Shown here: positions 25,117 through 36,267 of the stretch, piece by piece
Layout of the letters: every line of letters starts with the position of its first letter
Position numbering within the stretch: position 1 is the first letter of the stretch
Origin: Antechinus flavipes
Lineage: Eukaryota
DNA: 64,000 bases
Assembly: GCF_016432865.1 (NCBI RefSeq)
Contig: NC_067403.1
Span: 171,554,001 to 171,618,000, forward strand
Direction: 5' to 3'
Made by a program: the position numbers and the translations under genes
Notes under the pieces: generated by a model
Seen by the model: the letters and a program-made list of their open reading frames with translations, nothing else
The model's database searches: none
What the model was told of the DNA's origin: nothing

Positions 25117-25872
25117 TTTTGTATTTGTTTTATACTATCTTGTGTCTTTTCTATTTTTGTTAGTTTGCAACTCAAACCCTTTTTAGAGATATTTGATATA
25201 AATTTGCTGGGTTTTTTCCTGTTAAATGCTTCCCTTCCCTTAGATGAGTTAGATGAGTTCTTTGTTTAGATAAGCTTTTCAGTTTCACATGATCAAAATA
25301 ATCTCTTATTTTTTGTAACTATTTTCTATCCCATATTTGATTAAAAATTCATCTCCAATCCATGGCTGTGAGATACTTATATGACGTACTTCTGATTTTT
25401 TAATGATATGATCATTAATAACAGACATGTAGCCTTTTTTTAAATTTGTTGTAAGATATGATTTGCAGTATATCTAGGATATACTGCAAGAATGTTGATC
25501 TAAGACTAATTTCTGTTACACTATTCTCCACAAAAATCAACAGCATTTCTATATCAAAATTCTACAAAATAAATGCACAAAAAGCATTTCCAGCAGTATA
25601 TTACACTTAAATTTTTAAGATCTACATAACATTGGTGCTGTTTCCTCTGTTCTTTTCTCTTTTGTTTGTGGTACATCTTCTTACTTGCCACCGGCATAGC
25701 TGTTGTGAATCCCCCTTAGTTCACTTGATGCCATGATCAGATGTAAGAAAAGAAGTCAAGTAGAGAAGGTTCATAATAATATTTCAAGTCTATAATACTG
25801 TGTACTGTGTTTGAAGGAACATGTTGAATACTAGAACTATAAAATGACATGATTTTTGTTCACCTTTCACAG

Positions 25873-25916
25873 GATTTTCGATTGTAATTATGTCAATATG
25901 GCCATTCCTCCAAAAG
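25873..25916 (+). CDS. MFSD8: MFSD8 coding exon 3 (GFSIVIMSIWPFLQK)
   Basis: cacag| acceptor, AAG|gtttgt donor, 44 nt; homologous to human GFSVVMMSIWPYLQK; frame continuous. Confidence 0.96.
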
Positions 25917-27272
25917 GTTTGTAAGTCTCAACTTGCTTTCTGCTGTTACATGGATCGTTAAAAGAAAAAAATCACTTTTTATATTCCCAGTGCCTTCCTC
26001 AATGCTTTGCACAGAGTTGGCATTTAATACATGTGTTTAATTAATCAATATTTGTCAAATTGTATTGGCATTATTATATAAGGGACTTTCTGACTTCAAG
26101 GAGCTGACATTATGATGAGGGAGATAACATGTATGTACCTAAATCAGCAATAATGGAATGAATACAGGGCTTTTGGCAGAAAAGACTTGGCAAGGAAAGG
26201 ATGCAGAAAGAATCAGGAAAAGCATAGAAGGAGGCACTTGAGTTCAGAGAAAGCCAGAGTTTTCACCTTCAGTGATCTTATTCTTTTAATTGTTTTTTCT
26301 TCTTTTAATTGTTCTAGTGCTTAAGATTCAGAAAGTTCTTACTAATCATGTGACCTAAATCCCCAAGTTTCTGTAATTGTTTTGCTTTTGTATATATTCT
26401 CTTTGTATGGTATGTATTGTGTTTTTTGAAGGTTACCATTGACTTTAAACCCTCAATCTCTCAGGTTAAATTTTCCAAATCATTCTAGATAATGACTATT
26501 TCCTAAGCTCTTAACATTTCTTTTGTTTTCTTCTCTAACCTAATCAAACTATCCATAGAGCCAGATTGTATATATATGATCTGTTCTAAGGCTTGTAAAG
26601 TGAGAAGTTTCTCTATATCAGATATGTATATCACCATAAAGCTTGCTTATTTTAATAATATAAATCTCTGAAAACTGCTTCACTGTCTGAAATTCCAGCA
26701 ATTGCATTAACTTATCCAAAACCTCTGGTCTTACTCATTATGTGTCTTTTATTTGGCTTCTTATGTTGCTGGAGATTACTGTGTATACTAGAAAAGACCA
26801 GAATTAATGACCATTTTTTTTTTATACACAATATGTTGAAAAGTAGATCTAATTTATTCTTAAGGATTTTAGAGATCCTTGAAGTCAGAAAGCTCAGCAT
26901 CCTATTATAGTGACCTTTCATTTTTTTAAAAAAATTATTTCATGATCAGAAAATAGTAATGGTAATCAACATTTATATAGCACTTTGTGGTTTTTTAAGC
27001 AATTTATGAACATCATCTCCTTTGCTTTCCACCCACCCTGTGAGGTAAGTATGATGGGACTATTATTCTCATTTTATGGATGGAAAAGCTCAGTCAGAAA
27101 AGTAATACATGATTTTCTTAGGGTCATACATATATAAGTGACTGAGTTGAGATTTGGACCCCAGTCTTCCTGACTTCTAAGTCTAGCTCTTTATCTATGC
27201 TGAGGTTTATGTTTTAGACTTGAGTTTTAGAATAAAACAAAACTTTATAACGGGTTGTATTTCTATTTGCAG

Positions 27273-27513
27273 ATTGATCCCACAGCAGATACAAGTTTTT
27301 TGGGTTGGATTATTGCTTCTTATAGTCTTGGCCAAATGGTAGCTTCGCCTATATTTGGCTGGTGGTCTAATTTTAGACCAAGGAAAGAACCTCTTGTGAT
27401 CTCAATCTTCATTTCAGTGGCAGCCAATTGCCTCTATGCCTATGTCCATGTACCTCACTCCCACAATAAATACTACATGCTGGTTGCTCGTGGATTTGTG
27501 GGATTTGGAGCAG
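27273..27513 (+). CDS. MFSD8: MFSD8 coding exon 4 ([12 protein letters not shown]...GFVGFGA)
   Basis: tgcag| acceptor, |gtaata donor, 241 nt; covered by ORF 27255-27590. Confidence 0.98.
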
Positions 27514-27826
27514 GTAATATACTTGTTGACATTTTATCTTTCTATTTATGTCAAATCTACATTTACTTTGACATTCAAAACCCTCCATAATTTGTCCCTG
27601 TCTGACCCATCAGACCTTAATTCCTGTGTCTTCAATACAGAGCTTCTCCTCTAGTCAGGGAAGTCACTTGCCTATTCCTATCTCTGTGCTTGTGCTATTC
27701 TTTCTTCTTGGAATTGTCTTTACTCTTTTTCTTCATTCTTCGGGGACCAAGTTTAGTTTTTAGTCCTCCTTCCACCTTTTCCATGCTACTCAATCTAGCA
27801 ATTTTATAATGTTTCTATTTTGTATG

Positions 27827-27827
27827 C

Positions 27828-27892
<65 letters not shown>

Positions 27893-27914
27893 CACACACA
27901 CACATATATATATG
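27827..27914. repeat. Compound microsatellite (TG)24(TA)6(CA)6(TA)n
   Basis: Read directly from the sequence. Confidence 0.95.
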
Positions 27915-28821
27915 TTTTTAGCATTTACAAGATTTTTATTTCCTTTTTTTCTCTTTCCGCTCCTTCCTCCTTAAGATGGCAGTCAGTCTGATGTAGATTA
28001 TATACGTACAATCATATTAGACATATTTCCACATTAATCATAATGTCAAAAAAGAATCAAAACAAAAGAGAAAAGCCACAAGAAAGAATAAACAAAACAA
28101 AAAGTGAAAATAGTATGTTTCAATCTGCATTCAGTCTTCATAGTTCTTTCACTGGATGTAGGTAGCATTTTCCATCATAGATCTTTTGTAATTGTCTTAG
28201 ATGATTGTATTGCTGAGAGGAGGTAAGACTATCAAATTTGATCACCTTTGCATATTTTCTTCTGATTAAATTATAACTTCCTAGAGGTAAAATCTCATAC
28301 TGATTTTGTATCCCACACTAGCCCAGTGTTGAAGCATGGTAGACACTTAAACAGTGCTGGTTGGAATTGTATGTTTTTTCTGTTTCTTGGAGCATTTAGA
28401 GTATATAGTGGAATTGATGTACATTTGTGTGTTTGTGTGAGATTCACATATTTGGGCATTTGCTGTAAAATTAGCTATAGCAGCTAGTGTCTTATTCATC
28501 ATATAATATGGTCAGTAAATATTAGATGAGCAGGAAAAGGTTTTTTTGGGGTTAATGTAATGACTTTAAACAATCTTTTTCTAGAATTCTGCCTTCACAT
28601 TATTGAAAAGAAATGAATTAATAATAATGTTTTAAATCTTAATGTCAGTGATATAGTAGTACCTTATAATATGCATCTAAAGCAGTTTTTGTGGACATAA
28701 TTAGGGAACATGAACTTTATAACTATTTCCCTTTTTATATGCTTGGTTAAAATGAATTTTATCAAATAGAAACTACTTTTCATTTAGATTTGTTTTTTCT
28801 TTCTTTCTTTTTTTTTTAAAG

Positions 28822-28935
28822 GAAATGTAGCAGTAGTTAGATCTTATATTGCTGGTGCTACTTCCCTTCAAGAAAGAACCAGTGCTATGGCCAACACTAG
28901 CGCTTCTCAGGCCTTTGGCTTTATCCTGGGTCCAG
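28822..28935 (+). CDS. MFSD8: MFSD8 coding exon 5 ([38 protein letters not shown])
   Basis: Long T tract then aaag| acceptor, |gtaggg donor, 114 nt; clear homology. Confidence 0.97.
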
Positions 28936-29400
28936 GTAGGCATGTGGTCTTTATTTAGAGAAAGCAGGAATAACCAAGTCTTTGTCTGCCTTAAGTTGTT
29001 AGGATGACCTCCACATCTGTCAGTTATGTTAGAAACTTAATGTCTTAATTGTATTGCCTTGACTTCCTTTGTTTTTTGACCTTGTTTATTACTTGCTGCC
29101 TATATTCTTCCTTTCTGCTGGTTACCTTATTTGATAGAGTTTAATCAGAAAACAGAAATTCCTGTGTGTCACACATTATGACTGCAAAGTCAGTGTTCTT
29201 TGCAGTGTTCTGGTCAAGGGATCACAAAGAAAATGGCTCAGGAGCAATGTAGTTACTGGATTGGAGAGGATCCTAGAGGCTGTGTGCTTTAGCTTGGGAA
29301 AATGCTGAAAAATCTGATCTTTTTGACCCTCTACTTTTTTACTTTACCAGCCTAACATGCATGAATCATCATCCATTAGCATAATTTTTACTGTGCTAAG

Positions 29401-29545
29401 TTTTTCAGACATGTTTTGCCCTGATTGGAGAAAAGGGAGTAACATGGGAAGCCATTGATCTTCAGGTGAACATGTATACAGCCCCAGCTCTACTCGGTGC
29501 TTTTTTGGGAGTTATCAATATTATCTTGATCTTTGCTATGTTAAG
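29401..29545 (+). CDS. MFSD8: MFSD8 coding exon 6 ([16 protein letters not shown]...IILIFAMLR)
   Basis: ctaag| acceptor required by frame and homology, |gtaatt donor, 145 nt. Confidence 0.95.
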
Positions 29546-30122
29546 GTAATTGAATAGAAATACAATTATATTTTGTAGTAATGATGTGCTTTGTCCTTGT
29601 TGAGGGGGTGTGTTCTTTGTGGCTTTCAGCTCCACTGTGTCCAAGGTTCTTTTCTTCACTTTTATCTACCATACATCCAGCCTGTTACAGCTTCCATTAT
29701 CAAGTATTTTACACGTCTTCTCTCATTTGTTTCTTATGACATCCCTGTGAAGTTAGTTGGCATAATAGGAAGTAAATTCAATTTGAAATTGAGACTTGGG
29801 CTCAAGTGTTGCTTCAGGCATGTGTTAATAGTATGACTAGGAACAAGTTATTTTATTTCTCAGCTGCAGTTTGCCAATTTGTATACTTAACATGCCTCTT
29901 AGAGTCATCATCATAAGGAAAATACTCCCCCTGTTACATAGTTGTTAATTGTTGTAAATAGCTCCCAGACTATAAGTAGGAAAATGACCTGCCCTCAGTC
30001 ACACAGTATGATTGCAAAGTCAGTGTTCTTTGCAATGTTCTGGTCAGGGAATCACAAATTAAATGGCTTAGGAGCAATGTAGTCACTGGATTGGAGAGGA
30101 TCCTAGAGGTTATGTGCTTTAG

Positions 30123-30493
30123 TGTAGAGATCTGGACGTCTGGAAAAGTATACTTGAAACAAGGTATTAACTTCAGTGGAATTGATGAGATAATGGTTCT
30201 TCTAGTTCACATATATCTAGTATGATATAATGTTATAATCACTTATACTCAGTATATTATAATGATGTAATTGTAATAAGGTATTTAAGGGCTGAGAGAA
30301 CTGGGGACAAAGTCAGACTCAGACTGAGACTGGCAGACTGCTGAAGGAGACTGGGTTAGACTATGACAGACATAGATTGTGAAGGAGACAATAAAGACTT
30401 TGGACTCTATTCTTGTCCATCCTCGTGGTGACTATCCTGCTGAGACCAAGGCCTTTCCGGAGGACTTCCAGAAAGCTAGCCCAAACATCCTAT
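30123..30493 (+). mobile_element. About 370-bp solo LTR in MFSD8 intron 6
   Basis: Begins TGTAGAG; TATTTAAG at about 30282; AATAAA at 30390; TSD TTTAG (30118-30122, 30494-30498); 3' CA terminus degenerate. The empty site is preserved in the paralogous segment at 29281-29310. Confidence 0.8.
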
Positions 30494-30537
30494 TTTAGCT
30501 TCGGAAAATGCTGAAAAATCTGATATTTTCTTCTGTC

Positions 30538-30568
<31 letters not shown>

Positions 30569-30654
30569 GGGGTTGTTTGTTTTTTTGTTTTTTTAAGGCA
30601 TTTGAGTTTAAGTGACTTGACTTGCCCAAAGTCACACAGCTAGTAAGTTTGTAA

Positions 30655-31660
30655 GTATCCTGACTACAGAATTGTATTAGTGTTTCAATTTTCCCACATT
30701 CCCTCCAACATTTATCATTATTTTTTCCTGTCACATTAGCCATGGTATGAAGTGGTACCTCAGAGTTGTGCTAATTTGTATTTCTCTAATAAATAGTGAT
30801 TTAGAACATTTTTTTTCATACGACTAGAAATAACTTTAATTCTTCATCTGAAAATTATCTGTTCCTATCTTTTGATCCATTTATTAATTGGGGACTGGGT
30901 GTATTCTTATAAATTTGAGTCAATATATAAAGAATATTTTAGAAATGAGGCTTTTGTTGGGAACACTGGATATAAAAAATTTTCCCCAATTTTTTGCTTC
31001 CCTTCAAATCTTGGCAGTATTGGTTTTATTTGTACAAAAACTTTTAATAGAACCAAAATTACCCACTTTGCATTTCATAGTGTTCACTGGTTATTCTTTG
31101 GCCACAAATTCCTTCCTTCTCCACAGATTTGAGAGGTAGACTATCCCTTGTTCTCCTAATTTGTTTACAGTATTACCCTTTATGTCTAAACCATTTTAGT
31201 ATAGGGTATTAGGTGCGATACTATTTTGCAGTTTTCCCAGAAACTTTTGTCAAATAGTAAGCTTATTGCAGAAGCTGGGGTCTTTGGATTTATCAAACAT
31301 TAGATTACTATAGTTATTGAGTGTTGTGTCTTGTGAACGTAACCTATTCCATTGATCCAGTTGCCCAGTTTCTTAGCCAGTACCAAATGGTTTTGATGAC
31401 AGCTGTTTTATAATATAGTTTTAGGTGTGGTAGTGGTAGGTCCATCTTTCTTGCATTTTTCCCCCATTAATTCCCTTGAGATTCTTGACTTTTTGTTCTT
31501 CCAGAAGAATTTTGTTATTATTTTTTCTAGTTCTATAAAGTAATTTCTTGGCAATTTGATTAGTATGGCACCAAAAAATAAGTAGATTAATTTGGGTAGC
31601 ATTGTCATTTTTATTATAATAGCTCAGCCTACCCATGAGCATTTGATATTCTTCTAATTG
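30655..31660 (-). mobile_element. Decayed L1 ORF2 fragments
   Basis: ORFs 31408-31608 and 31421-31642 are L1 ORF2-like (LPKLIYLF...IKLPRNYFIELEKIITKFFWKNKKSRI). Confidence 0.85.
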
Positions 31661-32656
31661 TAATTTTGTTCATTTGATCTATACTTTAAAAATATTTTTC
31701 TCCAAAAAATTTCATCCCTTTAGATTTGACCCAGCATTCTAATCTTTTAAGATCTTTTTGGCTCTTGATGCTGCTATCCATTATGAATGGTGCTCTCCCA
31801 GCTTTGTTGTGCCATTAGCAAATTAATAAGTATGCTATTTCTGCCTTTAGCTCATTTATTGATTTTTTAAAAAATGTTAGATAACCAAAGCAAGGGCAAG
31901 TTCCTTCAGCACTTTGTTAGAGTTAATGATTCATCTATGAGTCTGACCATTCTGCTAATTCCCAGGATACATAAATCACCTGAGTCACACTTCTACATTT
32001 AAAATTAACTCAAGAAATTTGTTAGGTGATTTCTTAAACGTGGGTACAGTGTATCTACCTCATTTCTGTAATCTAGGTAATCATGGTCTGACATTTTCTT
32101 GATGAAACCCCGTTGATTGGCTGTCCTTTTATTACTACATTGAATTTTGACAAGAATCGAAAATCAGGCTTCCTAGACTTTGCTCTTTAGTTCTGAATCA
32201 GCTCTGCAATAATAATCTTTTTCTATTATCTTCTAAGAATATTCGTGTCAGTTCAGTTCTGTGTCTAGCAAATTCAGTTCTTTAAATGTAACTAGATACT
32301 CTTTTTATCTCCTTACTCATCTTTTATTCCCATATTTTCCATTTTTATTCTTCATGGTCCAGCGATCAGTATCCTAAACAGAGATAAGAATTGAATCATT
32401 CCTAAACATTATTCCTATCTAGTTCTTGATCCTCACTAGTTGTGAGGATCTTCTTCTATGATTTTGATTATGATTATGATTGAGGATCTTCTTCTTATAA
32501 GGATCACTCTTCTATGATTTCTTTGATCCTCACTAGTTGTGTGATCTTGGGCAAGTCACTTTATCCTGCTTGCCTCAGTTCTTTATCTGTTGATAATAAG
32601 TTGAAGAAGGAAATGGTAAACCCCTTCAGTGTTTTTATCAAAAAAATCACACAACT

Positions 32657-32811
32657 AGAGGCAGCCAAGTGGTGCAGTGGATAGAGCATCAGCCCTGAAG
32701 TCAGGAGGACCTGAGTTCAAATCTGCCCTCAGACACTTAACACTTCACACTTCCTAGCTGTGTGACCCTGGGCAAGTCACTTAACCCCAATTATTAAAAG
32801 AAAACCCAAAA
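32657..32811 (+). mobile_element. WSINE1-like SINE nested in a Mar1-type SINE
   Basis: TSD ACACAACT at 32649-32656 and 32812-32819. Confidence 0.82.
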
Positions 32812-33519
32812 ACACAACTGAAATGATTGAATAACAACAAATAGGTTTTTCAAATTAACAAGTTCTTAACACAAATTAAAAGTCTTAACACTCACTAGCC
32901 TCTCAGCTTATTCTGAGTTTTGGCAGACTCAACATCACTTATAGGACAGTGACACATTTTTATATTTGACCTCCTGTTTATGATTTCTTATGTGTTCTTC
33001 TGTATTGCCCTTTTAAAAATCTAAATTGGTCAGTGAAGATTCTGTATGTAACATGTAAAATATATATCTTTACTTTGTATTTGTTCATGAATTCAAAATC
33101 ATCTATACTCTGTTTTAAAAGACATCAGTAAACACAAAAGTTAATTCTGCTACATCAATTGAGTGTGTTAGGGTCTTAACATGGGATCCATGAATTTTTA
33201 ATAGTTACATTTCAATATAATTGGTTTCCTTTTTAATCCTTATGTATTTTTTTCAATGAATTTTAAGATTATTTTTACATGAGGTTTTATAGTATTCCTA
33301 CCCTGCGAAAGAGATCCGTGAGACAAGAAAGGCTGAGAATCCTTGCAGTGTGCTTTATTAAATAGGTGGGAGAGGGAAGAATATGAAGTGGAAGAGAAAT
33401 CAGATTTGCAACTTATCATTTATTGACTAGATTTAATTGGTAGTGGTTTACAAACAATTACATCCATTATCTCTACACACCTACAAGGAACTTGGACCAT
33501 TTCCCAGCTGTTCATTTTG

Positions 33520-34640
33520 TCATGGTATTTTTTTTTCCTCATTTTTTCCCCAGTTACATGTAAAATCTTTTTTTAAAAAAATTATATGTGTACATTCATT
33601 TTTGACACGTGACATTCATAGTTCTATATGAATCATGTTGAGAGAGAAAATTCAGAACAAAGGGAAAAAACAGGAAGGGGGGGGGATGTAGTGTGTGTTG
33701 ATTTTTATATTCAGTCTTCATAATTCTCCCTTTGGATGCAAATGGGATTTTCCATCCAAAGTTTATTGGGGTTGCCTTGGATCACTGAACCACTGAGAAG
33801 AAGCACATCTATCCTAATGAATCATTACACAATCTTGTTGTTGCTATGTAGAATGTGTTCTTGGTTCTGTTTATTTCACTCAGCATCAGTCTATGTAAAT
33901 CTTTCCAGGTCTTCCTAAAGTTAGTCTCATCATCATCTTATTGAAAAATAACTTTCCATTACTTTCATCTACCATAACTTATTCAGGTATTCCCCAATTG
34001 ATGGGCATTTACTCATATTTCAATTTTTTCCCATGATTTAAAAAGGAGCGGCTACAAACATTTTTGCACATGTGGATCCTTTTCACTCTGCTATGATTTC
34101 TTTAGGATACAGACCAAGTAGTGACATTGCTAGATCAAATTTTTCTACACAGTTTTATAGAAAAAAATTTTCCAGAAATTGGATTATTTTACAACTCCAC
34201 TCCCAATTTTTCCACATCCCTTCCAATACTTTTCATTATCTTTCCTATCATCTTAGCCAATCTGAAAGGAGTGAGGTACCTCAGAGTTGTTTTAATTTGC
34301 ATTTTTTTTTTCTATTCTTGGAATCAGGAAGATTCCCCCTTCTTGAGTTCAAATCTAGCTTCCGACAGTTACTAGCAAATTACTTGCCCAATAATGATTT
34401 AGAGCATTTTTATGTCTTCATTTCAAAATCGTCTGTTCATATCCTTTGACAGTTGATAAATTGAGGAATTACTTGCATTCTTACAAATTTGACTCAGTTC
34501 TTTTTATATTTTAGATTTGAGGCCTTTTTCAGAAACTGTAAAAATTATTTCCCAACTTTCTGCTTCCTTTCTAATCTCGGCTGCCTTGGTTTTGTTTGTG
34601 CAAAACCTTTTTAATTTAATGTAATCAAAGTTTTCAGTAT
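33520..34640 (-). mobile_element. Older L1 3' region with a nested SINE fragment
   Basis: L1 3'UTR and ORF2-end motifs; boundaries approximate. Confidence 0.75.
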
Positions 34641-34778
34641 TATATTTTCTGTACTAGTAAAATAATAGGCTAGGATTGTAAAGCAATTTACTTGATCCAC
34701 ACCAAGAAATGAATGTTAAAATAATTGTGCTGTATAATAAAATGCTTTTTTGTTTTTTTTTTTTAACTTTTTTTTAAG

Positions 34779-34834
34779 GGAACATCGTGTGGATGATTCA
34801 GGAAGACAGTGTAAAAGCGTAAATTTTGACAAAG
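34779..34834 (+). CDS. MFSD8: MFSD8 coding exon 7 ([18 protein letters not shown])
   Basis: Poly-T then taag| acceptor, |gtatta donor, 56 nt; matches human [16 protein letters not shown]. Confidence 0.97.
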
Positions 34835-34931
34835 GTATTATTTAATTTATTTAAGAATTTATTGAATTACAGTTACCAAAATGTTGCTGATGATTCTGGT
34901 TGCCTGGCAGTCATTTATATTTTACTTTCAA

Positions 34932-35072
34932 GGGCAGCTAGATGGTGCGATGGATAGAGCATCAGCTCTGAAGTCAGAAGGACCCAAGTTCAAATTTGAC
35001 TTTAGACACTTAATAGTTCCTGTATGATCTTGGGCAAGTCATATAACCCCAATTGTCTCAGGAAAAAAAAAA
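34932..35072 (+). mobile_element. WSINE1-like SINE with A tail, about 100 nt downstream of MFSD8 exon 7
   Basis: GGGCAGCTAGATGGTG...GGGCAAGTCA...A-tract. Confidence 0.85.
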
Positions 35073-36108
35073 GTATTTTGCTTCTAATTAAAATACATTG
35101 GATCACTGAGGAAGAACCTTTGCAACATTATCATTGAAAAAGTTGTGGTTGACAATCCAGGCATGTAAACTTATTGCTGTTCCCAATTGAAAAGGGCCAG
35201 ATTGTCCCTCTTCCTCAATTCCTTTAAAACTCAGGGAAGGTATCACTTCCTCTAGGAGACCTTCCTGATGTTCTTCCATCAGCTTCTAATGTCATCCTTG
35301 AATTTTCTTTTATGTTCTCTTTGCTTTTTTATTTTCTGATTTATGTGAATCTTTCCCTTGGTTCACCTGTGACTACCTTACACCAGTGACTATTTCATTT
35401 TATTTTTGTTTGATTGGGTTGATCTGTCCAAATCCATTGATCCTGTTTTCACAGTAAATTATCCTGATTGGCAGCTATCTTTTTTTTTTTTTAATTAGAT
35501 TTGTGTCAGCATGTTTCAGGCAATCAGTCATTCATTTGCTTTTCTTAATCATAGGATATGGTTGTCCTTTCCTTTGCTTTTTGACCATTTATTGTGTAGT
35601 ATGTCCTTTGGGGCATATAAAAGTATAAGGCATAAACTCTTTTCTCAGTGGAAATACAAGTGGATTTGGAGTCCACTACCTGGGTTCAGAACCCAGCTTT
35701 GTTACTTGCTATCTTAGTTGTAAGACCTTGAGATGTAGCTTTCTCTAGGCCTTAGTTTTCTTCATCTATAAAATGAATTAAGGTCCCTTCCACTTCTCAG
35801 TTTATGTGGACCTCAGATCAAAATGCTAAACAAGGTTTCTCTATGCTATAAAGCAAAACTTAATATAAGCAGGTACTGAAATGCATAATATAGACAAGCT
35901 ATAGGAAGGGACAAATTGATGTTGTAATCAAAGGTATGGCATGGATATAGGTCTTTGAAGAGATTTGGGTGAGAAAGGAGTGGGGGAAGGGTCTTAATGT
36001 TGAGTATAATTCCAACTGGTATAAGGGTAGATAAGGGGACCAATGAGAGCAACCTTTATATTTTAAGAAAGTTATTCTGGCAGCAGTGCAGAGGTGGATT
36101 AGTTAGAG

Positions 36109-36267
36109 CAGGGCTTCTTAAACTTTTTCCACTTGTGAGCCCTTTTTACCTGAAATTTTTACATAGCTACAGGTATATAAAATAGGTATATAACTCAAAC
36201 ATTTATTGATGATAAATCATAATTTTTGCAAGTGCTCATGCAGGGTTTTGAATCACAGTTTAAGCTG
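36109..36267. mobile_element. hAT/Charlie-like MITE remnant
   Basis: CAGGGCTTCTTAAAC left end, degenerate GTTTAAG-CTG right end; TSD not recognisable. Confidence 0.5.

Noticed and set aside
27255-27272. ATG of ORF 27255-27590 (similarly 24060, 44687, 45986, 63307)
   Set aside because: These start codons are intronic or internal; the real exons are delimited by splice sites and homology.
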